From: Candidatus Limnocylindrus sp. ZSMar2m-chloro-G89
Lineage (GTDB): Bacteria > Chloroflexota > Limnocylindria > Limnocylindrales > Limnocylindraceae
Direction: 5' to 3'
NCBI GenBank assembly: GCA_003670475.1
Contig: QWRJ01000003.1
Span: 841 to 64,840, forward strand
DNA: 64,000 nucleotides
Shown in pieces: positions 11,386-19,286 of the stretch. The notes beneath the pieces were generated by a model. The model was not told where the DNA came from. It worked only from the letters and a program-made list of their open reading frames with translations, and ran no database searches. Both the position numbers and the translations under genes were made by a program. The first letter of the stretch is position 1. Each line of letters opens with the position of its first letter.

Positions 11386-13944
11386 CTATCCGACGATGTT
11401 GATGAGGCGTCCACCGGCGTGGATCACCTTCTTCACGGGTCGGCCCTCAAGTGCGATCTTCACCTTATCGGATGCGAGTGCGAGTGCCTCGATTTCCGCC
11501 TCTGTTGCGGTGGCAGAGATGGTGAGCTTGTCGCGCAGCTTCCCGTTCACCTGGATTGGGAGTTCGCGCGTGCTGTCGATCAGGAGTGCGGCGTCAACGG
11601 TTGGCCAGCTCGCCTGATGGATTGAGCGCCACTTCGGATCGCTTACGGCGATGCCGCGTTCTGCCTGGAGGCGGCTGTGCATCTCTTCGGCGAGGTGTGG
11701 CGCCATTGGGGAGAGGGCGGCCAAGAGGTAGCCGAGCGCCTCGCTCCACGCCGCGCCGCCAGCCACTGGGCTGCCGCGATACGGGAAGAGGGCGTTGGCG
11801 AACTCCATCAGTTTCGCCACGGCAGTGTTGAAGCGGAAGGCTTCAATGTCTGCCTCAACGCCAGCGATCGCCTTATGCGCCGCGCGGCGGATGCTGAGTT
11901 CTGCTGCGGCCTGATCTTCGCCGTTCGGCAGCGTGCCGGCGTTCGGATCGCCCGGCTCCTTTCCGTGTGGATCGAGCGCCAGTGTCCAGACGCGACCAAG
12001 GAAGCGCACGATGCCGCTGATGCCGCTCCCGGACCACGGACCACCCTGATCCCACGGCCCCATGAACATCAGGAAGAGTCGCACCGCGTCTGCGCCGTGC
12101 TTTGCAACGAGCGCGTCGGGATCTTCAACGTTGCCACGCGACTTGCTCATGCGCTCCCCGTCGCTGCCGAGGATTTGCCCCTGATTGAAGAGGCGCGTGA
12201 ACGGCTCTGATTCGCTGATCAGCCCAAGGTCGCGCAGCGCCTTGGTGAAGAAGCGCGAATAGAGGAGATGCATCACGGCATGCTCTGCGCCGCCGGTGTA
12301 CTGATCCACAGGGCACCACGCGTCAACGAGGCGCTTGTCAACTGGCCCACCAGTGAACGACGGCGAAAGGTAGCGGTACCAGTACCAGGATGAGTCAACG
12401 AAGGTGTCCATGGTGTCCGTCTCGCGCTGGCCGGGGCCGCCACACTTCGGGCATGGCACATTGAGCCACGCCGTTGCGCTCTTCAGTGGCGACTCGCCCG
12501 TCTGCTTGAAGTCCACGTCATCTGGAAGCGTGACGGGGAGCTGATCTACTGGTACGCCGACAGGGCCGCACTTCTCACAGTGGATGATTGGGATTGGCGT
12601 CCCCCAGTAGCGCTGACGACTGATCAGCCAGTCGCGCAGCCGATACGTGGTGGTGCGCTTACCTGCGCCCGCCTTTTGCACTGAGGCGACCGCCTGCTCA
12701 AACGAGGCGGGCCAGGCGGCGCCACTCCACTCGCCGCTGTTCACCGCAACGGCGGCGCCATCACCCTTGTCTGCATACGGAAGCTGCACCGCGTCTGGTG
12801 TCGCGGCGAGTTCGGCTGGAGCCACAACGGTGCGGATCGGGAGGCTGAAGCGCTGCGCAAACTCATAGTCGCGCTCGTCATGTGCGGGGACCGCCATGAT
12901 CGCGCCAGTGCCGTAGCCGGCGAGGACGTAATCGGCGATCCAGATTGGGATCTCCTCGCCGTTGACAGGATTCACCGCAAACGCGCCAGTGGCAACACCA
13001 CTCTTCTCCTTTGAGATGGTGAGGCGATCGATCTCTGACTTACGCTTTGTCGCCTCAATGTATGCATCCACGGCGGCGCGTTGCTCTGGCGATGTGATCT
13101 TCTGAACTAACTCGTGCTCTGGTGCGAGCACCATGAAGGTTGCACCGTGTAGCGTGTCTGGTCGCGTGGTGAAGACGCGCAGTTTCTCGCCGCCAGCGTG
13201 ATGCGCCGCCTTCGCCACGGTGAAGTCCACCTCGGCACCTTCGGACCTACCGATCCAGTTGGTCTGCATTGTGCGGATCGGTTCTGGCCAGTTGAGCCCC
13301 TCAAAGGAGAGGAGCTCATCGGCGTAGTCGGTGATCTTGAAGAACCACTGCGTCAGGTCGCGCTTGGTGACCTGCGTTGTGCAGCGCCAGCAGACGCGAT
13401 CAACACCCTCAACCTGTTCGCGTGCCAGCGTCACCTGGCACGATGGGCACCAGTCAACGGGCGCCTGCTTCCGGTAGGCGACACCCTTCTCGTAGAACTT
13501 CAGGAAGATCCACTGGTTCCAGCCGAAGTAGGCGGGATCGCAGGTGACGACCTCTTTGGACCAGTCGAATGAGGCGCCCATGCTGCGCAGCTGGCGACGC
13601 ATGTTCTCCATGTTCGCCACCGTCCACTCGCGCGGATGAATCTTTCGCTTGATCGCGGCGTTCTCCGCCGGGAGGCCAAATGCATCAAAGCCAACGGGAT
13701 AAAAGACGTTGAAGCCCTTCATCCGCTTGTAGCGGGCGAGCGCGTCGGTCGGGTTCATGATGTACCAGTGGCCGATGTGCAGATCGCCAGATGGGTACGG
13801 CCACATCGTGAGCAGGTAGTAGCGCGGCTTGGCTGTGGCGGTGAGGTCGGTGGTGTGGAGACCGAGAGACTCCCAGTGCGACTGCCAGCGCGGCTCAATC
13901 TCGCGAGGGTCGTATCGCTCCAGCCGTTCGTCTAGATCAGCCAC
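11386..13944 (-). CDS. leuS: Leucyl-tRNA synthetase
   Basis: Class I aaRS with a HIGH-type motif (PSGDLHIGHW) and a KMSKS motif (RMSKSRGN). 852 aa, GTG start. Confidence 0.97.
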   Translation of the reverse strand: MADLDERLERYDPREIEPRWQSHWESLGLHTTDLTATAKPRYYLLTMWPYPSGDLHIGHWYIMNPTDALARYKRMKGFNVFYPVGFDAFGLPAENAAIKRKIHPREWTVANMENMRRQLRSMGASFDWSKEVVTCDPAYFGWNQWIFLKFYEKGVAYRKQAPVDWCPSCQVTLAREQVEGVDRVCWRCTTQVTKRDLTQWFFKITDYADELLSFEGLNWPEPIRTMQTNWIGRSEGAEVDFTVAKAAHHAGGEKLRVFTTRPDTLHGATFMVLAPEHELVQKITSPEQRAAVDAYIEATKRKSEIDRLTISKEKSGVATGAFAVNPVNGEEIPIWIADYVLAGYGTGAIMAVPAHDERDYEFAQRFSLPIRTVVAPAELAATPDAVQLPYADKGDGAAVAVNSGEWSGAAWPASFEQAVASVQKAGAGKRTTTYRLRDWLISRQRYWGTPIPIIHCEKCGPVGVPVDQLPVTLPDDVDFKQTGESPLKSATAWLNVPCPKCGGPGQRETDTMDTFVDSSWYWYRYLSPSFTGGPVDKRLVDAWCPVDQYTGGAEHAVMHLLYSRFFTKALRDLGLISESEPFTRLFNQGQILGSDGERMSKSRGNVEDPDALVAKHGADAVRLFLMFMGPWDQGGPWSGSGISGIVRFLGRVWTLALDPHGKEPGDPNAGTLPNGEDQAAAELSIRRAAHKAIAGVEADIEAFRFNTAVAKLMEFANALFPYRGSPVAGGAAWSEALGYLLAALSPMAPHLAEEMHSRLQAERGIAVSDPKWRSIHQASWPTVDAALLIDSTRELPIQVNGKLRDKLTISATATEAEIEALALASDKVKIALEGRPVKKVIHAGGRLINIVG

Positions 13945-14005
13945 GGTGCGGGACTCCTCTCCTTCGCAAGCGTGCTGTTCGACACGAGTGTGCCGTCTGG
14001 CAGCT

Positions 14006-14081
<76 letters not shown>

Positions 14082-14097
14082 GAGGAGGGCGAGTGTA

Positions 14098-15300
14098 TCA
14101 GGAGGCTTCGCGACCTACGGCCGGGAGGAGGAGGAGCGCGAGCGCCACGAGTAGGAGCCCGCCCGAGAAGGGGGTGAGGCCAACGATCAGCGTGGTCAGC
14201 GTGCCGCCAAGGATGGGGCCCGCCGAGATCCCAAGATCAAACGAGAGATTGAATGCGCCGCTCGCGCGGCCGCGCTCTCCAGGCTCTGTTGCCATGGCAA
14301 CAGCACCCGCTGCTGCAGGGAAGATAAGCCCGTATCCAACGCCGTAGAGGATCATTGCGACCAGATCAATTTCGAGCCTTGGGCTAACCGCGAGCAAGAT
14401 CAGTGCCGTAAGGATTGCGCCGAGTCCAACAAGCGAAATCCCAAACGGACCTCGCTTGTCGACGCGCGCTGCGAATCGACTCAGCATGATCGCGATAGCG
14501 ACAAGTCCGAAGATGCTGAAGAGCCCGCCGCTCACACTGGTTGCGTAGCGGAGCGCACCCTCAGTGTCGCGTCCCATCTCAAGCGCACGCTGAAAAAGAC
14601 CATCTTTGATGAAGCCCGTAATTGACCCGACCGCTGCCTCTAGGCCGAAGATCGCGAGGAGCGCCACGCGCAGGTTACGGTTCCTAAGGATGCGTCGCCA
14701 TGCGCCAGGAGTCCGGATGCGGGCAACGGAGGGCGTGAACGTCTCCGGAAGGAGTGGAAGGACGGCGAGAAGGCCGCCAGCAATCAGCAGCGCAAGCCCA
14801 AGGAACACGGCGTTGATCCCTGCAGCGTTGGCAACAAGTGCCGCACCGGCGGGTCCAACCACCGCTGCAACACCAATGAGGGCACCAGCACGTCCGAGCG
14901 TCTTGCCGCGCTCGCCTGCCGCAGCAACGTCACCGAGCAACGCGAAGAGCGCAGCGGCGAGGACACCACCTGAAGCGCCGTGGATGACGCGTGCCGCCAA
15001 GAAGAGGGGCAGTGAGTCAGCGAACGCGTAGACCGCAATCGCGGCGGGGCTGATGACCAGTGCCGCCACCACAACGCGTCGCCGTCCTAGTCGGTCCGCG
15101 AGCGCTCCGCCAATCAGATTGAAGGCGAGGTTCGCAAGTGAATACGCCGCAATTGCAATGCCCACCAAGAACGGTGTGCCGCCGAGCTCTTGGGCACGTG
15201 GCCCAATGACGGGGAGAAGTGCGAAGTTATCAATGAACGTCAGGAAGACCGCAATGTAGATCGCGGAACGGCTACGTCGGCTAAGGGGTGTGGAACTCAT
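14098..15300 (-). CDS. MFS transporter (12 TM)
   Basis: The hydrophobic MFS body starts at MSSTPLSRRSRSAIYIAVFLTF (ATG at 15300). The 150-codon upstream extension of ORF 14098..15750 is Arg/Ser-rich shadow sequence antisense to the neighbouring gene. Confidence 0.85.
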   Translation of the reverse strand: MSSTPLSRRSRSAIYIAVFLTFIDNFALLPVIGPRAQELGGTPFLVGIAIAAYSLANLAFNLIGGALADRLGRRRVVVAALVISPAAIAVYAFADSLPLFLAARVIHGASGGVLAAALFALLGDVAAAGERGKTLGRAGALIGVAAVVGPAGAALVANAAGINAVFLGLALLIAGGLLAVLPLLPETFTPSVARIRTPGAWRRILRNRNLRVALLAIFGLEAAVGSITGFIKDGLFQRALEMGRDTEGALRYATSVSGGLFSIFGLVAIAIMLSRFAARVDKRGPFGISLVGLGAILTALILLAVSPRLEIDLVAMILYGVGYGLIFPAAAGAVAMATEPGERGRASGAFNLSFDLGISAGPILGGTLTTLIVGLTPFSGGLLLVALALLLLPAVGREAS

Positions 15301-15355
15301 TGACAGAGCATCGCACACCTTTCTGCGATTGGTAGAGGCAGCCTGGCGTGCGACA

Positions 15356-16081
15356 ATGCTGCCCGTGAGTGACAAATCAGGGACTCGATTCCAATACACG
15401 CTCGTCCGAAGCCCACGCGCGAAACGGCTGACGCTGCACATTGATCCAGAGCGTGGCCTTGAGGCAGTCGTCCCCGCGCGTGTCGGCGAGGAGCGTGCAC
15501 GACGCGACGTTGAGGCCTTCATTGAAGAGCGTGCGGCCTGGGTGGAGCGTTCACTCGCGGAGCTGCGCGACCGCCGCGCCGCGCTCGGGACGGACGGGCA
15601 GCTCGTCCTTGGAGGGTTGATCCCGTACGCCGGTCGCGCGCATCGCATTCGCTCGGCAGAGGTGACGGCGATCAGCGTGGCGGGAGGCGAGCTTCTCGTC
15701 CCAGAGAAGATTGCGAGCAGCGAGACGCTCCTTCGTGCTCGTCTGACCACATGGCTGCGCCGCCGCGCGCGAAGCGTTGCTGAGCAGATGATTGCCGTCT
15801 ACGCGCCAGAGATGAAAGTGCAGCCAACACGCCTGCGCATTGGCGATCAGAGTTCTCGATGGGGGAGCGCCTCTGCCGACGGGACGATCTCACTCTCGTG
15901 GCGCTTGGTGATGGCACCACCCTCCTGCTTTGAGGCGGTGATCGTTCATGAGCTGGCGCACCTTCGGGCGCGTGGCCACGGTGTGCGATTCCGGCAGATC
16001 GTTGAGCGGCACCTCCCTGATGAGGCGGCACGGATGCGCGAGTTGCAGCGCCTCGCCCCAGCGCTCGGCGCAGTTCGTTGA
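15356..16081 (+). CDS. YgjP/DUF45-type zinc metallohydrolase (M48-like)
   Basis: HELAHL zinc motif near the C-terminus and a YTLVRSPRAKRLTLHIDP N-terminal pattern. The start is ambiguous between ATG 15356 and GTG 15290. Confidence 0.75.
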   Translation: MLPVSDKSGTRFQYTLVRSPRAKRLTLHIDPERGLEAVVPARVGEERARRDVEAFIEERAAWVERSLAELRDRRAALGTDGQLVLGGLIPYAGRAHRIRSAEVTAISVAGGELLVPEKIASSETLLRARLTTWLRRRARSVAEQMIAVYAPEMKVQPTRLRIGDQSSRWGSASADGTISLSWRLVMAPPSCFEAVIVHELAHLRARGHGVRFRQIVERHLPDEAARMRELQRLAPALGAVR

Positions 16082-16086
16082 GGTGG

Positions 16087-16162
16087 TGGTGGAGCTGAGG
16101 GGATTCGAACCCCTTGCCTCTACAATGCGAATGTAGCGCTCTACCAACTGAGCTACAGCCCC
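16087..16162 (-). tRNA. tRNA-Ala (anticodon CGC), CCA encoded
   Basis: The reverse complement GGGGCTGTAGCTCAGTTGGTAGAGCGCTACATTCGCATTGTAGAGGCAAGGGGTTCGAATCCCCTCAGCTCCACCA has a G3:U70 pair and the anticodon loop UUCGCAU. Confidence 0.95.
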
Positions 16163-16204
16163 ACGGAAGCGGCAGAATAGCACGCGGGCGTCTAGCATCT
16201 GGAG

Positions 16205-17116
16205 ATGAGCCCCCTCGCCCTCGCCCTCCTCTCTGCCGCCCTTTGGGGGGGCACCGACCTAGTCACCACCTACGTTGGCCGGCGCATCGGCTCACTCCGC
16301 GTGGTCGTGATTGCCGTCAGCACCTCACTCGTCTTGGCGGGCGGCGTGGCGATTGCACGCGGACTACTCACCCAAGATCTCGACCCACTGATCGTGGTGG
16401 CAACGCTCGCAATGGGGGTAGGCGCTGGGATTTCATATATCGCCGTCTTCACCGCCTTCAGGCTCGGACCGCTCAGCGTGGTCTCCCCGACAATCTCCGC
16501 ATACGGGGCGCTCTCCGCCTTTATTGCCGCCCTCTTCCTCGGTGAGCAGCTCACCCCAGCGAATATTGGCGGCGTGGTCGCCGTGGGGACGGGGATCGCC
16601 CTCCTCGGCCTGCGCACCACGGGGAGCGGGCGTGATCGACGCGCGTCGCTCGCCAGCCCGGGGGTCGCCTTTGCCCTGGTCGGCCTGATCTTCTTCGCTG
16701 TGATCACGGTGCTGCTCACGATTCCGATCAAGGAATTCGGCTGGAGCACGGCGATCACGCTGTCGCGGATCGGCAACTTCGCCACGGTCTGGACGATCCT
16801 GTTGATCGTTCGCGCCAAGCGCACGTCGCTCCCGAAGTGGGGCCGTACCGATCTCCTCGGCGAGGGGCACCGGCTGACACGTGGCGGTATCCTCCTGGCG
16901 GCGCTCGTTGGCCTGGGAGACACCGTCGCCTTCTTCGTCTTCGCCGCCGCCCTCGAGGTCGGCCCTACCTGGGCCGTCTCACTCCTCAGCTCGCTTGGCC
17001 CGATCATCGTGGTACTTGGGGGCTACCTCGTCTACAAGGAGCGCCTCCGTGCCCCGCAGCTCCTCGGCCTCGGGGCGATCCTCCTCGGCATCATCCTTGC
17101 AACCCTCCCTGCATAA
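16205..17116 (+). CDS. EamA/DMT-family permease
   Basis: 303 aa with ten hydrophobic segments and a duplicated EamA architecture. Confidence 0.8.
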   Translation: MSPLALALLSAALWGGTDLVTTYVGRRIGSLRVVVIAVSTSLVLAGGVAIARGLLTQDLDPLIVVATLAMGVGAGISYIAVFTAFRLGPLSVVSPTISAYGALSAFIAALFLGEQLTPANIGGVVAVGTGIALLGLRTTGSGRDRRASLASPGVAFALVGLIFFAVITVLLTIPIKEFGWSTAITLSRIGNFATVWTILLIVRAKRTSLPKWGRTDLLGEGHRLTRGGILLAALVGLGDTVAFFVFAAALEVGPTWAVSLLSSLGPIIVVLGGYLVYKERLRAPQLLGLGAILLGIILATLPA

Positions 17117-17135
17117 AAAGAACATCTGTACTATT

Positions 17136-17627
17136 ATGCCCTTCGGGCGGGGGCATTATCCTCACAAGGTGTTGCCCCATCTTGGCCTCCGCCCTACTCC
17201 ACTCCTTCTGAGCCTCTTCGCCACGAGCCTGCTCGTGCTGGCTGCGTGTGGCGGTGCTGCAGCGAGTCCGACCCCGAGCGGCAGCCTCGCTCCCGCGACG
17301 GTGATCAGTAGCGAATACGGACGCATTTGGGGACGCCTGCCGGCCGACTTCCCACTCCTCGCGGAGGGAAGTGCTGAGACGCGTCTCGATCTACTCGCAA
17401 GTGGCTCAATCTTCAGCCGCATGGCCGTTGAGGAGGCGACGCGCGCCGCTGTTGATGAGCTGCGCCGACTCGCGTGGGAGGTTGCCGAACCAACGTCAAA
17501 CGGGACGCGCTTTAAGATCAGCGCAACACGTGATCAGGGGGCCTGTGTGGCAACGATGATCGTCGAGCCGCTCGGCTCACGAACATCGATCGTGGTTTAT
17601 CTTGGGGAGGGTTGCCCCGCACCGTAG
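17136..17627 (+). CDS. Putative lipoprotein, unknown function
   Basis: Signal peptide with lipobox LVLAAC-GG. The part of ORF 16881..17627 upstream of ATG 17136 overlaps the EamA gene and is rejected. Confidence 0.6.
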   Translation: MPFGRGHYPHKVLPHLGLRPTPLLLSLFATSLLVLAACGGAAASPTPSGSLAPATVISSEYGRIWGRLPADFPLLAEGSAETRLDLLASGSIFSRMAVEEATRAAVDELRRLAWEVAEPTSNGTRFKISATRDQGACVATMIVEPLGSRTSIVVYLGEGCPAP

Positions 17628-17653
17628 GCGTTGATCAGTTTAAGGAGGTTGTC

Positions 17654-17761
17654 ATGGCACCAAAGTTGAAGCGCAACGAGAAGTTGATGCCACTACTGCT
17701 CGTCGTTGGGCTCTTCTCTCTCTCGCTACTTCTAATTGCTGTGCAGGTTGCGCAGAAGTAG
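17654..17761 (+). CDS. Small (35 aa) single-TM protein, unannotated in the ORF track
   Basis: AAGGAGG (17642-17648) lies 5 nt before ATG 17654. Translation is MAPKLKRNEKLMPLLLVVGLFSLSLLLIAVQVAQK, ending at a stop codon. Confidence 0.45.
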   Translation: MAPKLKRNEKLMPLLLVVGLFSLSLLLIAVQVAQK

Positions 17762-17770
17762 TTTCTGCAC

Positions 17771-18484
17771 CTAGCGGCGACTGCCGCCCTTTCGCTGCGT
17801 GGCATCTCGCCTGCGCAGGTCGCGTGAGGATGGACGCGCTGGCGACATTGATCGAAGGAAGCGCCCATACCACCCGGCGAATGCGCCGGCGAAGATTCCT
17901 GAGACCGCAACCCCATAGAGGTCACCTGCCAGCGCACCGCCATCTTTCGCGTGCGCAACGTTTTGTTCAAGGAACGCACGAACTGGATTCGTTGCATCGA
18001 GCGCTGAGAGATCTCCCACGCTCCCAACGAGAAGTGCGCCGCCATAGGTGATAACCCCGAAGATTCCACCAAGAAGCCATGATCCGCGCCGCGTCAACAT
18101 CCCGGCGAGGAAAGCGATAACGAATGCTGGTGGCAAGAGGATTGACTGGACAGCAAGTTGGGCGACGCTCGTCGAGAGCACTCCTTGCTGCGTGGCAACA
18201 GCTGTCGTCACAGCAATCGCCGCTAGTGGAACGAAAAAAGCGCGCGTTCGCAGTAGGCGAGGGAGCTGACGAAGGTCGTCGCGAATCGGCGCGACGCCAA
18301 ATGAGCCGCGGAAGGCGGCGCGGAAGCCGAGACCGCTCTGAGCAGACTGCCCTGTTGCGATCTGTGCTGCAGGCGTTACTGCTGCCTCTCGGGGCTCATC
18401 ACCGCGCTCGGCACGCTCCTTTGCGGCGATACGACTGCGTCGGCGTGCCTCTGCTCGGGCCTCTGCGTTCGTTGACTTCGACAT
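17771..18484 (-). CDS. Integral membrane protein with an Arg-rich cytoplasmic N-terminus, unknown function
   Basis: 237 aa with several TM segments after a basic ~70-aa head. GGAGGAGG lies upstream of ATG 18484. Confidence 0.6.
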   Translation of the reverse strand: MSKSTNAEARAEARRRSRIAAKERAERGDEPREAAVTPAAQIATGQSAQSGLGFRAAFRGSFGVAPIRDDLRQLPRLLRTRAFFVPLAAIAVTTAVATQQGVLSTSVAQLAVQSILLPPAFVIAFLAGMLTRRGSWLLGGIFGVITYGGALLVGSVGDLSALDATNPVRAFLEQNVAHAKDGGALAGDLYGVAVSGIFAGAFAGWYGRFLRSMSPARPSSRDLRRRDATQRKGGSRR

Positions 18485-18977
18485 CTCTCCTCCTCCGACC
18501 CCACCTTTTAGCGTAGAGACATCCTAATCGTCTCTGGCTCGACTCTGTGGCAGGACTTGTGCCAAAAGAGGTCACGCCTGCGAGTGGAGGCAGGGGGAAG
18601 GCGTGCTGAGCGGTGCGGGTCCAGTCGGAGACCCCCCAACGCTGTAATCCCCCCTCCCGCTAGGGTACCCACGATTGCCGTCCCGACTGACCCCGAGCGT
18701 GGGTGGCTGCGGTCAATTGTTACATCGCTCCAGGTCCACGAAGGACGGCTCGAGCTCTGGCGCGAGGGGGTGGTTCGGCTGGTCGTGCTCCCGTCGTGCG
18801 AAACGCCTGTTGACCACGAGGGGGCGGCTGCCTATCCTAATCCTCGGTGATTGCTCGTGGGTCCCCTCGGGACTCCAGGGGCGCTCCGCGGTCGGCATGT
18901 TGCCGGACGCGCTCTATGCCCCGCGTGGGGTTGTAGTGGACCGCGCGGAGGTGCGCGACCCAAGGGAGGTTCTGAAC
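18485..18977 (+). other. Long GC-rich, hairpin-rich intergenic leader (candidate structured RNA or 5' UTR), unassigned
   Basis: 493 nt with no convincing ORF. It carries multiple short hairpins, C-tracts and G-tracts, and a repeated ATCCTAATC 9-mer. Confidence 0.3.
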
Positions 18978-19118
18978 ATGCCTGAAGTGTATTGCGTTAA
19001 GTGCAAGGCCAAGCGAGAGGCCATTGACACGAAGAAGGTCACGATGAAGAACGGCAAGCCAGCACTCTCTGGCATCTGTGAGAAGTGCGGCACGAAGGTC
19101 TTCAAGATCGGTGGCTGA
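18978..19118 (+). CDS. Small zinc-ribbon protein (DUF5679-like)
   Basis: MPEVYCVKCKAKREAIDTKKVTMKNGKPALSGICEKCGTKVFKIGG has two CxxC pairs. GGGAGG (18964-18969) lies 8 nt upstream of the ATG. Confidence 0.8.
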   Translation: MPEVYCVKCKAKREAIDTKKVTMKNGKPALSGICEKCGTKVFKIGG

Positions 19119-19159
19119 TTTTCAGCTCGCGCTCGCGTAACTGCGAACGTATAGCGGCC

Positions 19160-19195
19160 CACGGCCCTCGACCGGGAGACCGGGCGAGGGCCGTG
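19160..19195 (+). terminator. Strong GC hairpin after the zinc-ribbon gene
   Basis: CACGGCCCTCG-a-CCGG-GAGA-CCGG-g-CGAGGGCCGTG gives 11+4 bp of stem and a GNRA-type loop. The T-tract is weak, so a role as an intrinsic terminator is probable but not certain. Confidence 0.55.
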
Positions 19196-19211
19196 TCGCT
19201 TCATACGGGAG

Positions 19212-19242
19212 TTATCCACACGCCACACTCACCTTATCCACA
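19212..19242 (+). promoter_or_regulatory. Two perfect consensus DnaA boxes (TTATCCACA) in direct orientation
   Basis: TTATCCACA occurs at 19212-19220 and 19234-19242, upstream of the ROK-gap-pgk-eno cluster. Confidence 0.55.
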
Positions 19243-19286
19243 ACGATGTGCGCCTCACCCGCAGTGGTGAGTGAACGGAGATCTCA

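Noticed and set aside
15301-15750. A 150-codon N-terminal extension of the MFS transporter ORF (14098..15750).
   Set aside because: The extension is Arg/Ser/Ala-rich and non-hydrophobic, and is antisense to the DUF45 hydrolase gene. A clean ATG at 15300 precedes the first TM helix.
16881-17135. An upstream extension of the lipoprotein ORF that overlaps the EamA gene. Similar extensions occur at 36081..36236 (second permease), 45341..45541 (apt), 40252..40284 (yqeY-like) and 63..194 (first EamA).
   Set aside because: Each extension overlaps the preceding gene in another frame and has low-complexity Arg/Ser/Pro composition. Each is followed by an internal start with an SD or a stop/start overlap at the point where homology begins.
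18725-18760. CCAGGTCCACGAAGGACGGC resembles the SRP RNA domain IV core (CAGGUCCGGAAGGAAGCAGC). CTAGGGTACC at about 18659 resembles the ykkC start.
   Set aside because: The GGAA tetraloop and the flanking symmetric-loop nucleotides of SRP RNA are missing. The ykkC 3' core (AAAAGCCCGGGAG) is also absent. The resemblance is too partial to call.
18557-18977. ORFs within the long leader (18557..18850 at 97 aa, and the 5' part of 18675..19118).
   Set aside because: Their composition is Arg/Gly/Pro-rich junk with no SD. The recognisable zinc-ribbon protein starts at ATG 18978 with its own GGGAGG.
19119-19286. Possibility that the DnaA-box pair marks the chromosomal origin.
   Set aside because: There are only two boxes, no AT-rich unwinding element, and no dnaA, dnaN or other origin-linked genes nearby. 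The flanking genes are ordinary metabolic genes.
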